A DNA stretch of 25,149 nucleotides from a virus (IMGVR_UViG_3300005263_000017:1-25149); one strand, 5' to 3'; shown: positions 17,151 to 25,149, numbered from the stretch's first letter. Numbers and translations are program-made. The notes: generated from the letters alone by a model not told the origin.

Positions 17151-17630
17151 TTAGATGAACTCGGATTCCTCATCAAGAATTTCCCCTGTCTCAATAAGAT
17201 GCCGAAATCCTGGCTCTGTCAGGATAAAAGAACCTTGGGCCCTAGCGTGTGCCAGCTTACTGGGCCCGGCGTTGGGACCGCCACAGAGGTAAGTAAGCCT
17301 TGTGGTAACGCTCTTAACCACCTTCAACCCAGCCGCATCCGCCTTTGATTCAAGGTTGGCCCGTTGCACTGCGGGGAAACCGGTGAACAGTATTTCTGAG
17401 GTGACTGCGTCGGAAGAGCGGACCTTCGGAACAGGTGGCGGAGGATCTGGAAACGGGTCGACCAGGAGAGATTCTGACCCTTCTAGATACTCCACAACGC
17501 GATGCTTGAGAAAACTACGGTAGCCAGCCCCCTGACTAACTCCTTCGATGTAGGCGCCGGATTCCTTCCAGCCGTCCAACATGGAACGTGTGGAAATCTC
17601 TCCACGCGAATTCTTATAGATGAACTTCAA
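17151..17630 (-). CDS. Two-domain protein: N-terminal WYL-like module plus C-terminal BRCT domain
   Basis: F.Y.NSRGEIS.R ... YIEG ... YRSF..HRV; Pro linker; ILFTGF...LE..A...G.KV.KSVT..LTYL.GGPNAGPSKL..A; TTG start with GGAGG upstream. Confidence 0.8.
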   Translation of the reverse strand: MKFIYKNSRGEISTRSMLDGWKESGAYIEGVSQGAGYRSFLKHRVVEYLEGSESLLVDPFPDPPPPVPKVRSSDAVTSEILFTGFPAVQRANLESKADAAGLKVVKSVTTRLTYLCGGPNAGPSKLAHARAQGSFILTEPGFRHLIETGEILDEESEFI

Positions 17631-17689
17631 GAATGTGCCCCCTCCATATATGGAAGTGGCATTTTATCACCGCTATGCTGTCGTAATTG

Positions 17690-18043
17690 TCACGGGCGGG
17701 CTAGACGCTTTGCCAGGTCGATGAGCATCTGCCCATCTTCTTCAGTTAATTCCAGATCCTGGATTGCCGCTGCTGCACGTTCAGATGGGGTGTATGGCTT
17801 CCAGCCCTCTGAAACGCCAACGTGAGAACGGTTGCCGGTCAACACGAACATTAGATCGCCACCAATTTCGCGGAAAGCTGCGAAAAATTCAGCATCCGGG
17901 GCGACCTTCCCAGTTTCCCTATCCCAGTACGTTCTCTCAGGAATCCCAAGGGCTTGCGCCATGGATGCTTGAGTTTTGAAGCCGAGCCGCTTCCTCTCCA
18001 GCCGGAGCCGCTTCCCAACCTCAATTGTAAAATTTAGCGACAT
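17690..18043 (-). CDS. Immunity repressor, XRE/Cro-CI HTH, no peptidase domain
   Basis: GKRLRLERKRLG..TQ..MA..LGI..RTY...ETG...PDA; D..FVLTG; divergent from early operon. Confidence 0.88.
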   Translation of the reverse strand: MSLNFTIEVGKRLRLERKRLGFKTQASMAQALGIPERTYWDRETGKVAPDAEFFAAFREIGGDLMFVLTGNRSHVGVSEGWKPYTPSERAAAAIQDLELTEEDGQMLIDLAKRLARP

Positions 18044-18090
18044 CCTGCGAAATTCCCCTTGACATATTCGCAGGTTCCCGCGAATATACC
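18044..18090. promoter_or_regulatory. Lysis-lysogeny switch: promoter and operator dyads
   Basis: TTGACA 18059-18064; ATATTCGC-N8-GCGAATAT (18064-18087); CCTGCGAA (18044-18051) / TTCGCAGG (18067-18074). Confidence 0.72.
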
Positions 18091-18121
18091 TGTAACACTC
18101 TTGCCTAGCCGCATCATCCCT

Positions 18122-18331
18122 ATGAACACCCGCAAAAACAACCCTTCAGGACTGGTAGCAGACAAGCCGATTGCCCTCCGTCTCATGCCGAGCGAATTGG
18201 AAGATGCCAAGCGGTTCGCCTTGAAATGCGGTGTGTCTGAGTCACGTCTGGCACGCGCCGCTTATCTAAAAGGCCTCCGAGCAGCCCTTGCCGAGTTCGG
18301 TATTTCATCCACATATCCCCTGGGGGAATGA
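18122..18331 (+). CDS. Small DNA-binding protein in Cox/Cro position (RHH-like), 69 aa
   Basis: First gene divergent from repressor; PIALRL strand followed by two helices (S.SRLAR..Y..GL). Confidence 0.62.
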   Translation: MNTRKNNPSGLVADKPIALRLMPSELEDAKRFALKCGVSESRLARAAYLKGLRAALAEFGISSTYPLGE

Positions 18332-18332
18332 C

Positions 18333-18857
18333 ATGCAAGCCATCAGCCTGAACCTGAACTTCTCCGGCATCGTGCTGCCGGTGGTCGATTGCGAAGACGG
18401 TTTCCAGCGCGTTCCGTTGAAGCCGATTTGCGAGGCAATCGGCATTGACTGGTCCAATCAGCACAAGAAGATGCAGGTCCCCTATTTCTGCCGGCGGCTT
18501 GGCATCTGCGTAGAGGACATCCTCTATGCAGGTCAGACCCGGCAGATGGTCATGATTCGCCTGGATCGGGTCGCGGCTTACCTCAACATGCTCAACCCGG
18601 AGAGCGTCCGATCTGCCGGCAATGAAGCCGCCGCAGACTTCCTGGAAGCCAAGCACCGGGAATGGGACGACCTGATCCATGCCTACGAGCAGCAACGGGG
18701 CCAGATTTTCGGTGGCTCATTCCGCAAGGCCATGGCACTGACCCGGATCGACCGGATGAAAGACCCCGCCCTGAAGAAGCTGGCCCTGGCCGAGCTTGGC
18801 ATCACCATCGTCCCCCCCCGCGACCAGCCGACCACCGACGATCTCTTTGCCGCCTAA
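18333..18857 (+). CDS. Phage antirepressor, P22 Ant N-terminal-like domain
   Basis: VPLKPICEAIGIDWSNQHKK, MVMI.LD.V..YL..LNP..VR. Confidence 0.82.
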   Translation: MQAISLNLNFSGIVLPVVDCEDGFQRVPLKPICEAIGIDWSNQHKKMQVPYFCRRLGICVEDILYAGQTRQMVMIRLDRVAAYLNMLNPESVRSAGNEAAADFLEAKHREWDDLIHAYEQQRGQIFGGSFRKAMALTRIDRMKDPALKKLALAELGITIVPPRDQPTTDDLFAA

Positions 18858-18873
18858 GTTACGAGAGAACGCT

Positions 18874-19449
18874 ATGCCAGTCATGCGCAGCCTGTCGCAC
18901 AAGCTCTCCTGGACCGCCGAGATCGCCAACGCTGTGGAGGCCTGGCGCCGTTCCCAGGGGTGGAGCCGGGAAACCGTCTGCCAGATGATCGTCGAGGCCC
19001 ACGAGCGCATCGGCGGCCCTGAATCCACCGGCATCCGCTTCGACTCCCCCAGCCCGGACGTGGTCCAGCGCCAGAAGAACAACGCGGACCGCATCTACCG
19101 CTGGCTGGACGACGTGAGCAAGGACAACAACCTGCTCACCGCCAACTTCATTCCCAGCGTCCTGGCTGCCCTGCCTGCCGACAGGGTAGTGCGCCTGGTC
19201 AACCGGTTGCTACTGGGCAATGCACTAGGGGCCCACCCCCTGGCGGCTGACGATTCTGAGAACACCCTGGGCGTGATCGGCCAATCCATCAAGCAGGCCG
19301 GCGCCCATACCTCGGCACTGGTGGACCTGATGGACGGCATTGACCCGGGTGAGCTGGAAGCGGCCCACGCGGCCCTCACCGCCAACATTGAGCGGGCCAC
19401 CCAGGCCCTGCGCAAGATCGAGAGCAAGCTGGCCGCCGGCCGGAATTGA
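18874..19449 (+). CDS. YdaT/CII-like phage regulatory protein (tentative)
   Basis: AVEAWR, NADRIYRWLDD, FIPSVLAALP resemble YdaT-family motifs; early operon position. Confidence 0.55.
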   Translation: MPVMRSLSHKLSWTAEIANAVEAWRRSQGWSRETVCQMIVEAHERIGGPESTGIRFDSPSPDVVQRQKNNADRIYRWLDDVSKDNNLLTANFIPSVLAALPADRVVRLVNRLLLGNALGAHPLAADDSENTLGVIGQSIKQAGAHTSALVDLMDGIDPGELEAAHAALTANIERATQALRKIESKLAAGRN

Positions 19450-19463
19450 TGGAGGACTGAACC

Positions 19464-19778
19464 ATGACCACCGCCAACCGCAGCCGAGCCAGGATCAAGT
19501 GCCCCCACTGCAAGGGGCCGGCCCTGATCCGCACCAGCAAGGAAGTCACTCCCACCACCCGGGAGCAGTACGCCCAGTGCCTTAACCTGGAGTGTGCCCA
19601 TACCTGGGTGATCATCAGTTCCGCGGCCCGCACCATCGCCCCCTCGATGCAGCCGGACCCGAAGGTGTACATCCCCCTTTCCCCCCGGTCGCCGGCTTCC
19701 GCCGCGCCGGCCGACAGCCAGCTGGAGCTGCCCATGGAAACGCTAAATCCCCGCCACATGGCGGCGCCCACCGGCTAA
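19464..19778 (+). CDS. ogr: Ogr/Delta-family zinc-finger late activator
   Basis: CPHC...A.IRTS......RE.Y.QC.N.ECAHTW; GGAGG RBS. Confidence 0.93.
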   Translation: MTTANRSRARIKCPHCKGPALIRTSKEVTPTTREQYAQCLNLECAHTWVIISSAARTIAPSMQPDPKVYIPLSPRSPASAAPADSQLELPMETLNPRHMAAPTG

Positions 19779-19864
19779 TCGGCGCCTAGCCGCCTAAACC
19801 CCCAAGACGTAACCGACGCTCATGCCTGTTTTCAGGCGTGACGGGACTTTTTTGCCTGAAAACC

Positions 19865-22597
19865 ATGGATAACGACCTTCACCGACTCGTCACAGAACAA
19901 CTGGTCAGGGACTACGACTTCAAAGTGTCGCAGTCCGGCAAGTGGTTGCAGAAGGGCAAGTGCCCCGCCTGCGGCAAGAAAGAGATGTACATCGGCCAGG
20001 AGAACCCCTGGGTGGTGCGCTGCGGCCGGCCCATCAAGTGCGGCGCCGAGTACCACGTCAAGGAACTCTACCCGGACCTCTTCGACGACTGGGGCAAGCG
20101 CTACAAGCCTACGCCGGAGAACCCCAACGCGGCGGCGGATGCCTACCTGCACAGTGCCCGTGGCTTCGACCTGGACCGCATCAAGGGCTGGTACACCCAG
20201 GAGTACTACCACAGCCACGAACTGAACGAGGGCAGCACCACCGTGCGCTTCCAGCTCGGCGGCGGCGTTTGGTGGGAGCGCATCATCGACCGCGCCTACC
20301 GCTTCGGCAAGCGCAAGGCCACCTTCAAGGGTGAATACGGCGGCACGGCCTGGGTTCCACCTGGCCTAGTGCAGGACGAGAAGGAAATCTGGATACCAGA
20401 AGGCATCTTCGACGCCATCGCCCTGATCCACCGCGGCTTCTACGCCGTGGCCGCCATGAGCTGCAATAACGACCTGCACATCTACCTGCAGGCCATCGCC
20501 CAGCAGTGCGCCGCCACCGGCAAGGCCCGCCCCCGCCTGGTCTGGGCCCTGGACGGCGACGCCGCCGGCCGGCGCTACATGAAGCAGTTCGTGCGCAAGT
20601 GCCGGGCAGACGGCTGGGAAGCCGTTGCTGCCGTGATCCCCCAGGACGGCCGGGGCAAGCTGGACTGGAACGACATGTTCCAGCGCGGCCGCCTGACCGA
20701 CAAGGACATGGAGGAATACCTCTACCAGGGCAGCCTGCTCATGGCCGAGAACGCGGCCGAGAAGGGCAAGCTCATGTTCAACAAGACGGGCTGGCGCTCC
20801 TTCCCCTTCGACTTCGACAACCGCCTGTGGTGGTTCAAGGTGGACGTGGAGAAGCAGGTAAAGATCGCCGAGAACCTGACCAAGGAAGAGAAGGAGCTTC
20901 CCAAGGACGAGATGGAGGCCAAGATTCTGGAGCGCAGCTCCGGCGTCTCCGAAATCTGCAACTGCCTGCCCACCCCCCTCTACTACCTCAAGAACGAGGT
21001 CACCGACGAGGCCTGGTACTACTTCCGGGTGGAATTCCCCCACGACGGCGGCGCCATCAAGAACACCTTCACCGCTGGCCAGCTATCGGCCCCGGCCGAG
21101 TTCAAGAAGCGCCTGCTGCACTCCGGCGCCGGCGCCATCTGGAGCGGCAACGCCACCCAGCTGGACCGCCTGCTCTCCCGCTGGACCTTCAACATCAAGA
21201 CCGTCCAGACCGTCGATTTCATCGGCTACAGCATCGACCACGGCGCCTACGTCTACAACGCCGTGGCGGTGAAGGACGGCCGCGTCGTGGAAATGAACGA
21301 CGAGGACTACTTCGACATCGGCAAGCTCTCCATCAAGAGCCTTTCCCGCTCCCTCAAGCTGGACCTCAACATCGACCACAAGTCGGCCAATACCGGCTGG
21401 TTCGACAAGTTCTACCTCTGCTTCGGCGCCCGTGGCGTGGCCGCCCTGGCCTACTGGATGGGCAGCCTCTTCGCCGAGCAGATCCGCCACCGCTTCGAGA
21501 GCTTCCCCTTCCTGGAGATCGTCGGCGAACCCGGCGCCGGCAAGACCACCCTGCTGGAAACCATGTGGAAGCTGCTGGGCCGCAACGGCTACGAGGGCTT
21601 CGACCCCATGAAAGGCTCCGCCGTCGGCTTCATGCGCTCCATGGCCCAGGTGGCCAACATGCCGGTGGTGCTGATCGAATCCGACCGGGAGGAAGACAGC
21701 GACGGCAGCAAGGGCCGCCCCAAGCAGTCCTTCCACTGGGACAGCCTCAAGAGCCTCTACAACGGCGGCAGCCTGCGCACCACCGGCGTCAAGAGCAGCG
21801 GCAACGACACCTACGAGCCCCAGTTCCGCGGCGCCCTGGTCATCAGCCAGAACGCCCCGGTGCAGGCCTCCACTCCGATCATGGAGCGGATCATCCACAT
21901 CTGGATGGACAAGGCCCGCCAGTCAAACGAAGGCCGGGAGGCCGCCCTTGACCTCTCACGCCTGACCGCCGCCGACGTTTCCTACTTCCTGGTCAAGGCA
22001 GTCAGCCAGGAATCCCAGGTACTGGAGCTGATCGAGAAGAACCAGCGGGCCCTGGAGCAGAAGCTGGAAGCCAACGGCGTCAGCAATCGCCGGATCCAGA
22101 AAAACCACGCCCAGTTGCTGGCCATGGTCCAGGCCCTGTCCCTGGCAACCCCCATCACCCAGAGCATCCAGGCCGAAACCTTCAAGGTCATTGCCGACAT
22201 GGCCAAGGACCGGGAGCAAGCCCTGGCCAAGGACCACCCCGTGGTGGAAGCCTTCTGGGAAGCCTTCGACTACCTCAACGGCGCCGGCTCCAACGAAGAA
22301 GAGGCCGAGTACACCGAGCGCCTCAACCACCACCGGGACCCCTCGGTCATCGCCGTCAGCCTCAACCACTTCGTCGAGATCGCCGCCGAGGCCCGCCAGC
22401 CCATCCCGCCCCTGCCCGACCTCAAGCGCCTGCTCAAGACCAGCCGCCAGCGCAAGTTCATCGAGGCCAACGTCGCGGTCAACTCGGCCATCAACGCCCG
22501 CTACAACGCCCGCCGCTCTCCCAACATGCCGCCCCGCTCCGCCACGGTGCGCTGCTGGCTCTTCCAGAACCCTTCCCCCACCTACGCAAAGGAGTAG
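19865..22597 (+). CDS. Replication protein: Zn-finger + TOPRIM primase + P-loop helicase (910 aa)
   Basis: CPACGKKE..CGR..KCG; EGIFDAIAL, WALDGD.AG, DWND; Walker A GEPGAGKTT, Walker B VVLIE. Confidence 0.92.
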   Translation: MDNDLHRLVTEQLVRDYDFKVSQSGKWLQKGKCPACGKKEMYIGQENPWVVRCGRPIKCGAEYHVKELYPDLFDDWGKRYKPTPENPNAAADAYLHSARGFDLDRIKGWYTQEYYHSHELNEGSTTVRFQLGGGVWWERIIDRAYRFGKRKATFKGEYGGTAWVPPGLVQDEKEIWIPEGIFDAIALIHRGFYAVAAMSCNNDLHIYLQAIAQQCAATGKARPRLVWALDGDAAGRRYMKQFVRKCRADGWEAVAAVIPQDGRGKLDWNDMFQRGRLTDKDMEEYLYQGSLLMAENAAEKGKLMFNKTGWRSFPFDFDNRLWWFKVDVEKQVKIAENLTKEEKELPKDEMEAKILERSSGVSEICNCLPTPLYYLKNEVTDEAWYYFRVEFPHDGGAIKNTFTAGQLSAPAEFKKRLLHSGAGAIWSGNATQLDRLLSRWTFNIKTVQTVDFIGYSIDHGAYVYNAVAVKDGRVVEMNDEDYFDIGKLSIKSLSRSLKLDLNIDHKSANTGWFDKFYLCFGARGVAALAYWMGSLFAEQIRHRFESFPFLEIVGEPGAGKTTLLETMWKLLGRNGYEGFDPMKGSAVGFMRSMAQVANMPVVLIESDREEDSDGSKGRPKQSFHWDSLKSLYNGGSLRTTGVKSSGNDTYEPQFRGALVISQNAPVQASTPIMERIIHIWMDKARQSNEGREAALDLSRLTAADVSYFLVKAVSQESQVLELIEKNQRALEQKLEANGVSNRRIQKNHAQLLAMVQALSLATPITQSIQAETFKVIADMAKDREQALAKDHPVVEAFWEAFDYLNGAGSNEEEAEYTERLNHHRDPSVIAVSLNHFVEIAAEARQPIPPLPDLKRLLKTSRQRKFIEANVAVNSAINARYNARRSPNMPPRSATVRCWLFQNPSPTYAKE

Positions 22598-22600
22598 CCC

Positions 22601-22834
22601 ATGGCCTGCGCCCGAACCCCCATCCAGGCGTTCCGAGAAGCCTGCCGCATCGCATCGGACAACGGCATGTTCGTGGTCGAGAAGCCAGGCCGCTACCTGC
22701 TTTTCCGCAAGGCCCAGCCCAAAAACGTCTTCGTCGGCTCCCGCAGCGACGTCGCCGAGTTCCGCCGCTTCGTCGAGAAGGCCAGCACCACCATCCCGCC
22801 GGCCACCCGGCGCCGTCCCACTGCCAATGCCTGA
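22601..22834 (+). CDS. Hypothetical basic protein
   Basis: AAGGAG RBS, phage-like codon usage, 3 nt after primase stop. Confidence 0.75.
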   Translation: MACARTPIQAFREACRIASDNGMFVVEKPGRYLLFRKAQPKNVFVGSRSDVAEFRRFVEKASTTIPPATRRRPTANA

Positions 22835-22844
22835 GGAGCCCACC

Positions 22845-23279
22845 ATGCTCAATGTTCAAGACCAGACCCAGCTTCAGCGCCTGATCGCCGCCGGCAACAC
22901 GGTGCTCGAGCAGGTGCAGAACGGCCAGTTGTTCGCCGACCCCACTGCCGCTGCCGTCGCCTATGACCGCCTGGAGCAGGCCATTGCCCCGGTTACCGGC
23001 CGCCTCCTGCACAGTCTCAGCCCCTTCCAGCGCTACCGCAGCGAGATCCTGGCCAGCACCCCCATGGGCGGCGCCCTGCGCTCCCTGGTGCTGAACCTCC
23101 ACGACGGTGAGCCTGGGCTGAATCTCCACATGATTCTCCTGGCCGGAGACGAGCACACCGTCCGCATCGCCATGGAGCTGCAGGCCGCCTACGCAAACAC
23201 CAAAGGAAGCTGCCGCAGCTTCGGTTATCTGGTCCGAGAAATCCGCCAATCCGACTATTCCGAAGAGGAGGCCGCGTGA
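22845..23279 (+). CDS. Hypothetical protein, 144 aa
   Basis: GAGGAG RBS before ATG 22845 (MLNVQDQTQLQRLI...); true gene is the 3' part of ORF 22191..23279. Confidence 0.78.
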   Translation: MLNVQDQTQLQRLIAAGNTVLEQVQNGQLFADPTAAAVAYDRLEQAIAPVTGRLLHSLSPFQRYRSEILASTPMGGALRSLVLNLHDGEPGLNLHMILLAGDEHTVRIAMELQAAYANTKGSCRSFGYLVREIRQSDYSEEEAA

Positions 23280-23563
23280 TGGAAAACAAGTACATCAAGG
23301 GTCATCACTACACCCAGAAAGAGACAGTCCACTCCCTGGAATTCAAGCTATCCCACTGGGAAGACGACGAAAAACTGAATCACATCTTGCAAATAGGCGT
23401 GGACGGTGGGCTGTCGAAAGCAACAACCAGCACCTATCTCTACCCGTCGGTAGACGAACTGCGCCGCCTGTCCGCCATGTTCGCCGCCGCCGCCGCCGAT
23501 CTTGATGCCCACGCCGCCTTCATCAAGGCCCGGGACGAAGCCAAAGCCGGGGAGGCCGCGTGA
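23279..23563 (+). CDS. Hypothetical protein, 94 aa
   Basis: GGAGG RBS and TGATG coupling. Confidence 0.75.
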   Translation: MENKYIKGHHYTQKETVHSLEFKLSHWEDDEKLNHILQIGVDGGLSKATTSTYLYPSVDELRRLSAMFAAAAADLDAHAAFIKARDEAKAGEAA

Positions 23564-24024
23564 TGCGCACCCTCCCCATCCCCGCCGCCATCCAGGCCCT
23601 CTACCCCGCCATCCCCCGGCAATCCGGCGTGGCCGACATGTTCCGCGCCTTCGAGGCCATCGACGGCCTCATGGCCGAGCTGGCCACCGGCGAACTCACC
23701 GTCGAGGGCTGCCTCCCCGTCATGCGTGACTGGGACGGCGAATGGTGCGCCGTCGAGCCGGCCCTCCAGGGCTGGTGCGACTGCTTCGAGCGCATCGCCG
23801 CCGCCCTGGGCCTGCCCCTGGACCTCTCCTTCCTGCGCCGCCTGGCCGCCCGACTCGCCAACGGCGTCCTGCTGTGCACCACCGACCTGGACCGCGCCGG
23901 CGCCGTCATCGACCGCTGCCGCGCCCTCTACTTCGCCTGCCCCACCCGGACGCGCCAGAGCGCCGTCCTGGCCGAGCAGATCGCCATCGCCTTCGACGAG
24001 CACGGCCTCCGCCGTGCCGCCTGA
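23563..24024 (+). CDS. Hypothetical phage protein, 153 aa
   Basis: GGAGG RBS and TGATG coupling; strong GC3 bias. Confidence 0.78.
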   Translation: MRTLPIPAAIQALYPAIPRQSGVADMFRAFEAIDGLMAELATGELTVEGCLPVMRDWDGEWCAVEPALQGWCDCFERIAAALGLPLDLSFLRRLAARLANGVLLCTTDLDRAGAVIDRCRALYFACPTRTRQSAVLAEQIAIAFDEHGLRRAA

Positions 24025-24057
24025 CCAACTTTTCACCAAACCGCTGAGGAGCGAACC

Positions 24058-24303
24058 ATGAAAGCCAACGCCAATATCACCGGCCCCCTCGTCAAAAAAC
24101 TCCGCCAGGACACCGGCGACAACCAGACCGACTTCTGGAAAGCCCTGGGCATCACCCAGTCCGGCGGCTGCCGCTACGAAGCCGGCCGCAACATGCCCAA
24201 GCCCGTCCGCATGCTCTACGTCCTGGTCAAGCAGGTCGGCCTCACCAAAGAGCAGACCACCGCCCTGGTCAAGGCCGGGCTTCTGGAACCGGTGAAGGAG
24301 TAA
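24058..24303 (+). CDS. XRE-type HTH regulator, RsaL-like
   Basis: NQTDFWKALGITQSGGCRYEAGRNMPKPV matches the Q..FW...GI.QS.G.R.E.G...P.P pattern; GAGGAG RBS. Confidence 0.8.
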   Translation: MKANANITGPLVKKLRQDTGDNQTDFWKALGITQSGGCRYEAGRNMPKPVRMLYVLVKQVGLTKEQTTALVKAGLLEPVKE

Positions 24304-24309
24304 CCCGCC

Positions 24310-24492
24310 ATGAACGTCCAGACCCTGCGCGACAGCCTGGCCGGGCTTCCCCCGGACATGCCCGTCTATCTGCTCCAGACCGAAGGCGCCGGCCAGAACA
24401 AGGCCGACAGCCTCGCCACCATCGAGAGCGTCGAGCCCATCGAATCCGCCCACTACGGCAAGGCCGTGCTCATCAGCATCGAGGAGGAATGA
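24310..24492 (+). CDS. Small acidic hypothetical protein
   Basis: AAGGAG RBS, in-operon spacing; L...L..LP.D.PV motif. Confidence 0.7.
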   Translation: MNVQTLRDSLAGLPPDMPVYLLQTEGAGQNKADSLATIESVEPIESAHYGKAVLISIEEE

Positions 24493-24494
24493 CC

Positions 24495-24725
24495 ATGAAG
24501 CCTCTTCACATTGGGACCTCGCCCATCTCCAACCGGATTTACGCCGGGCACACCAACGCCGCCGGCAATGCCTTCCTCTCCGGTAAGCAGGACGTCACCG
24601 GCATGGCCTGCGGCGCCGTGGCCGAGCATGTCCTGGCCAACGGCGAACCGGTAACCGTCACCTGCAACGGAAATCCGGCTTTCATCATCACGGTGGAACG
24701 CATCAACGGCGAAAAGGAGGCCTGA
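24495..24725 (+). CDS. Hypothetical phage protein (alternative start 24489)
   Basis: GAGGAGG RBS; in-operon spacing. Confidence 0.72.
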   Translation: MKPLHIGTSPISNRIYAGHTNAAGNAFLSGKQDVTGMACGAVAEHVLANGEPVTVTCNGNPAFIITVERINGEKEA

Positions 24726-24727
24726 CC

Positions 24728-25149
24728 ATGCAAATCCGCCCCGACATCCTCACCGCCAGCGGCGCCTACTTCAACTTCCTGGCGCCGGACCCGGCCACCG
24801 TCACGGTGGAGGCAGTAGCCCACGCCCTTTCCAACATTTGCCGCTTCGCCGGCCACACCCGCCGTTTCTACTCGGTGGCCCAGCATTGCGTGCTGGCCTC
24901 CCACCTGGTGCCCGAGGCCGACGCCCGCTGGGCCCTGATGCACGACGCCGCCGAAGCCTTCGTCGGCGACGTGGCCCGGCCCCTCAAGCAGCTTCTGGGC
25001 GACTACAAGGCCATCGAAGCCCGGGCCGAAGCCGCCGTCTTCGCCGCCTTTGGCCTGGAAGGGAGCATGCCCCCCAGCGTCAAGGAAGCCGACCTGGTGC
25101 TGCTGGCCACCGAGCAGCGGGACCTGATGCCCGCCCACGACGACCAATG
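24728..25149 (+). CDS. HD-superfamily phosphohydrolase (YfdR/YfbR-like), 3'-truncated; absent from ORF track
   Basis: AAGGAGG RBS; translation [12 protein letters not shown]...[13 protein letters not shown]...YSVAQH...[12 protein letters not shown]...PLK...VKEADL..LATE.RDL. Confidence 0.9.
   Translation, partial: MQIRPDILTASGAYFNFLAPDPATVTVEAVAHALSNICRFAGHTRRFYSVAQHCVLASHLVPEADARWALMHDAAEAFVGDVARPLKQLLGDYKAIEARAEAAVFAAFGLEGSMPPSVKEADLVLLATEQRDLMPAHDDQ

Larger units (their letters stand above)
1..25149. mobile_element. P2-like (phiCTX-type) temperate phage/prophage, both ends outside window
   Basis: Gene order M-L-X-lysis-R-S-V-W-J-I-fibre-FI-FII-E-T-U-D follows P2; ogr and a primase-helicase lie in the early region. 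Confidence 0.97.

Noticed and set aside
20506-21951. 481-aa alternative-frame ORF inside primase
   Set aside because: Arg/Pro/Gly-rich off-frame artefact of GC-rich codon usage
1-25149. tRNA, rRNA, CRISPR array, integrase, or tailocin interpretation
   Set aside because: No such RNA genes, arrays or integrase recognised; terminase, head-completion and replication genes indicate a phage rather than a tailocin

Overview
A 25-kb internal segment of a GC-rich P2-like (phiCTX/phiRSA1-type) temperate myophage, probably a prophage of a proteobacterium. No host genes, integrase or att sites are in view. From 1 to 15350 is a collinear late region: terminase M (5'-truncated), L, X, a lysis cassette (two membrane/holin-like genes, PG-binding muramidase endolysin, Rz/Rz1 spanins), R, S, V, W, J, I, tail fibre, FI, FII, E/E+E' (T6G frameshift), T, U and D. 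Two Ogr-type late promoters are recognisable. A lower-GC cargo block (about 15351-17690) holds a hicAB toxin-antitoxin pair with an internal terminator and, on the minus strand behind the repressor, a WYL-like/BRCT protein, a DUF2513-like protein and a 4-TM membrane protein. This block is the best candidate for an undescribed lysogen-expressed sensing or defence module. From 17690 to 25149 are the divergent switch, antirepressor, YdaT/CII-like protein, Ogr, a primase-helicase, small early genes (including an RsaL-like HTH) and a 3'-truncated HD phosphohydrolase. All family calls come from motif recognition and synteny by eye; no searches were run.
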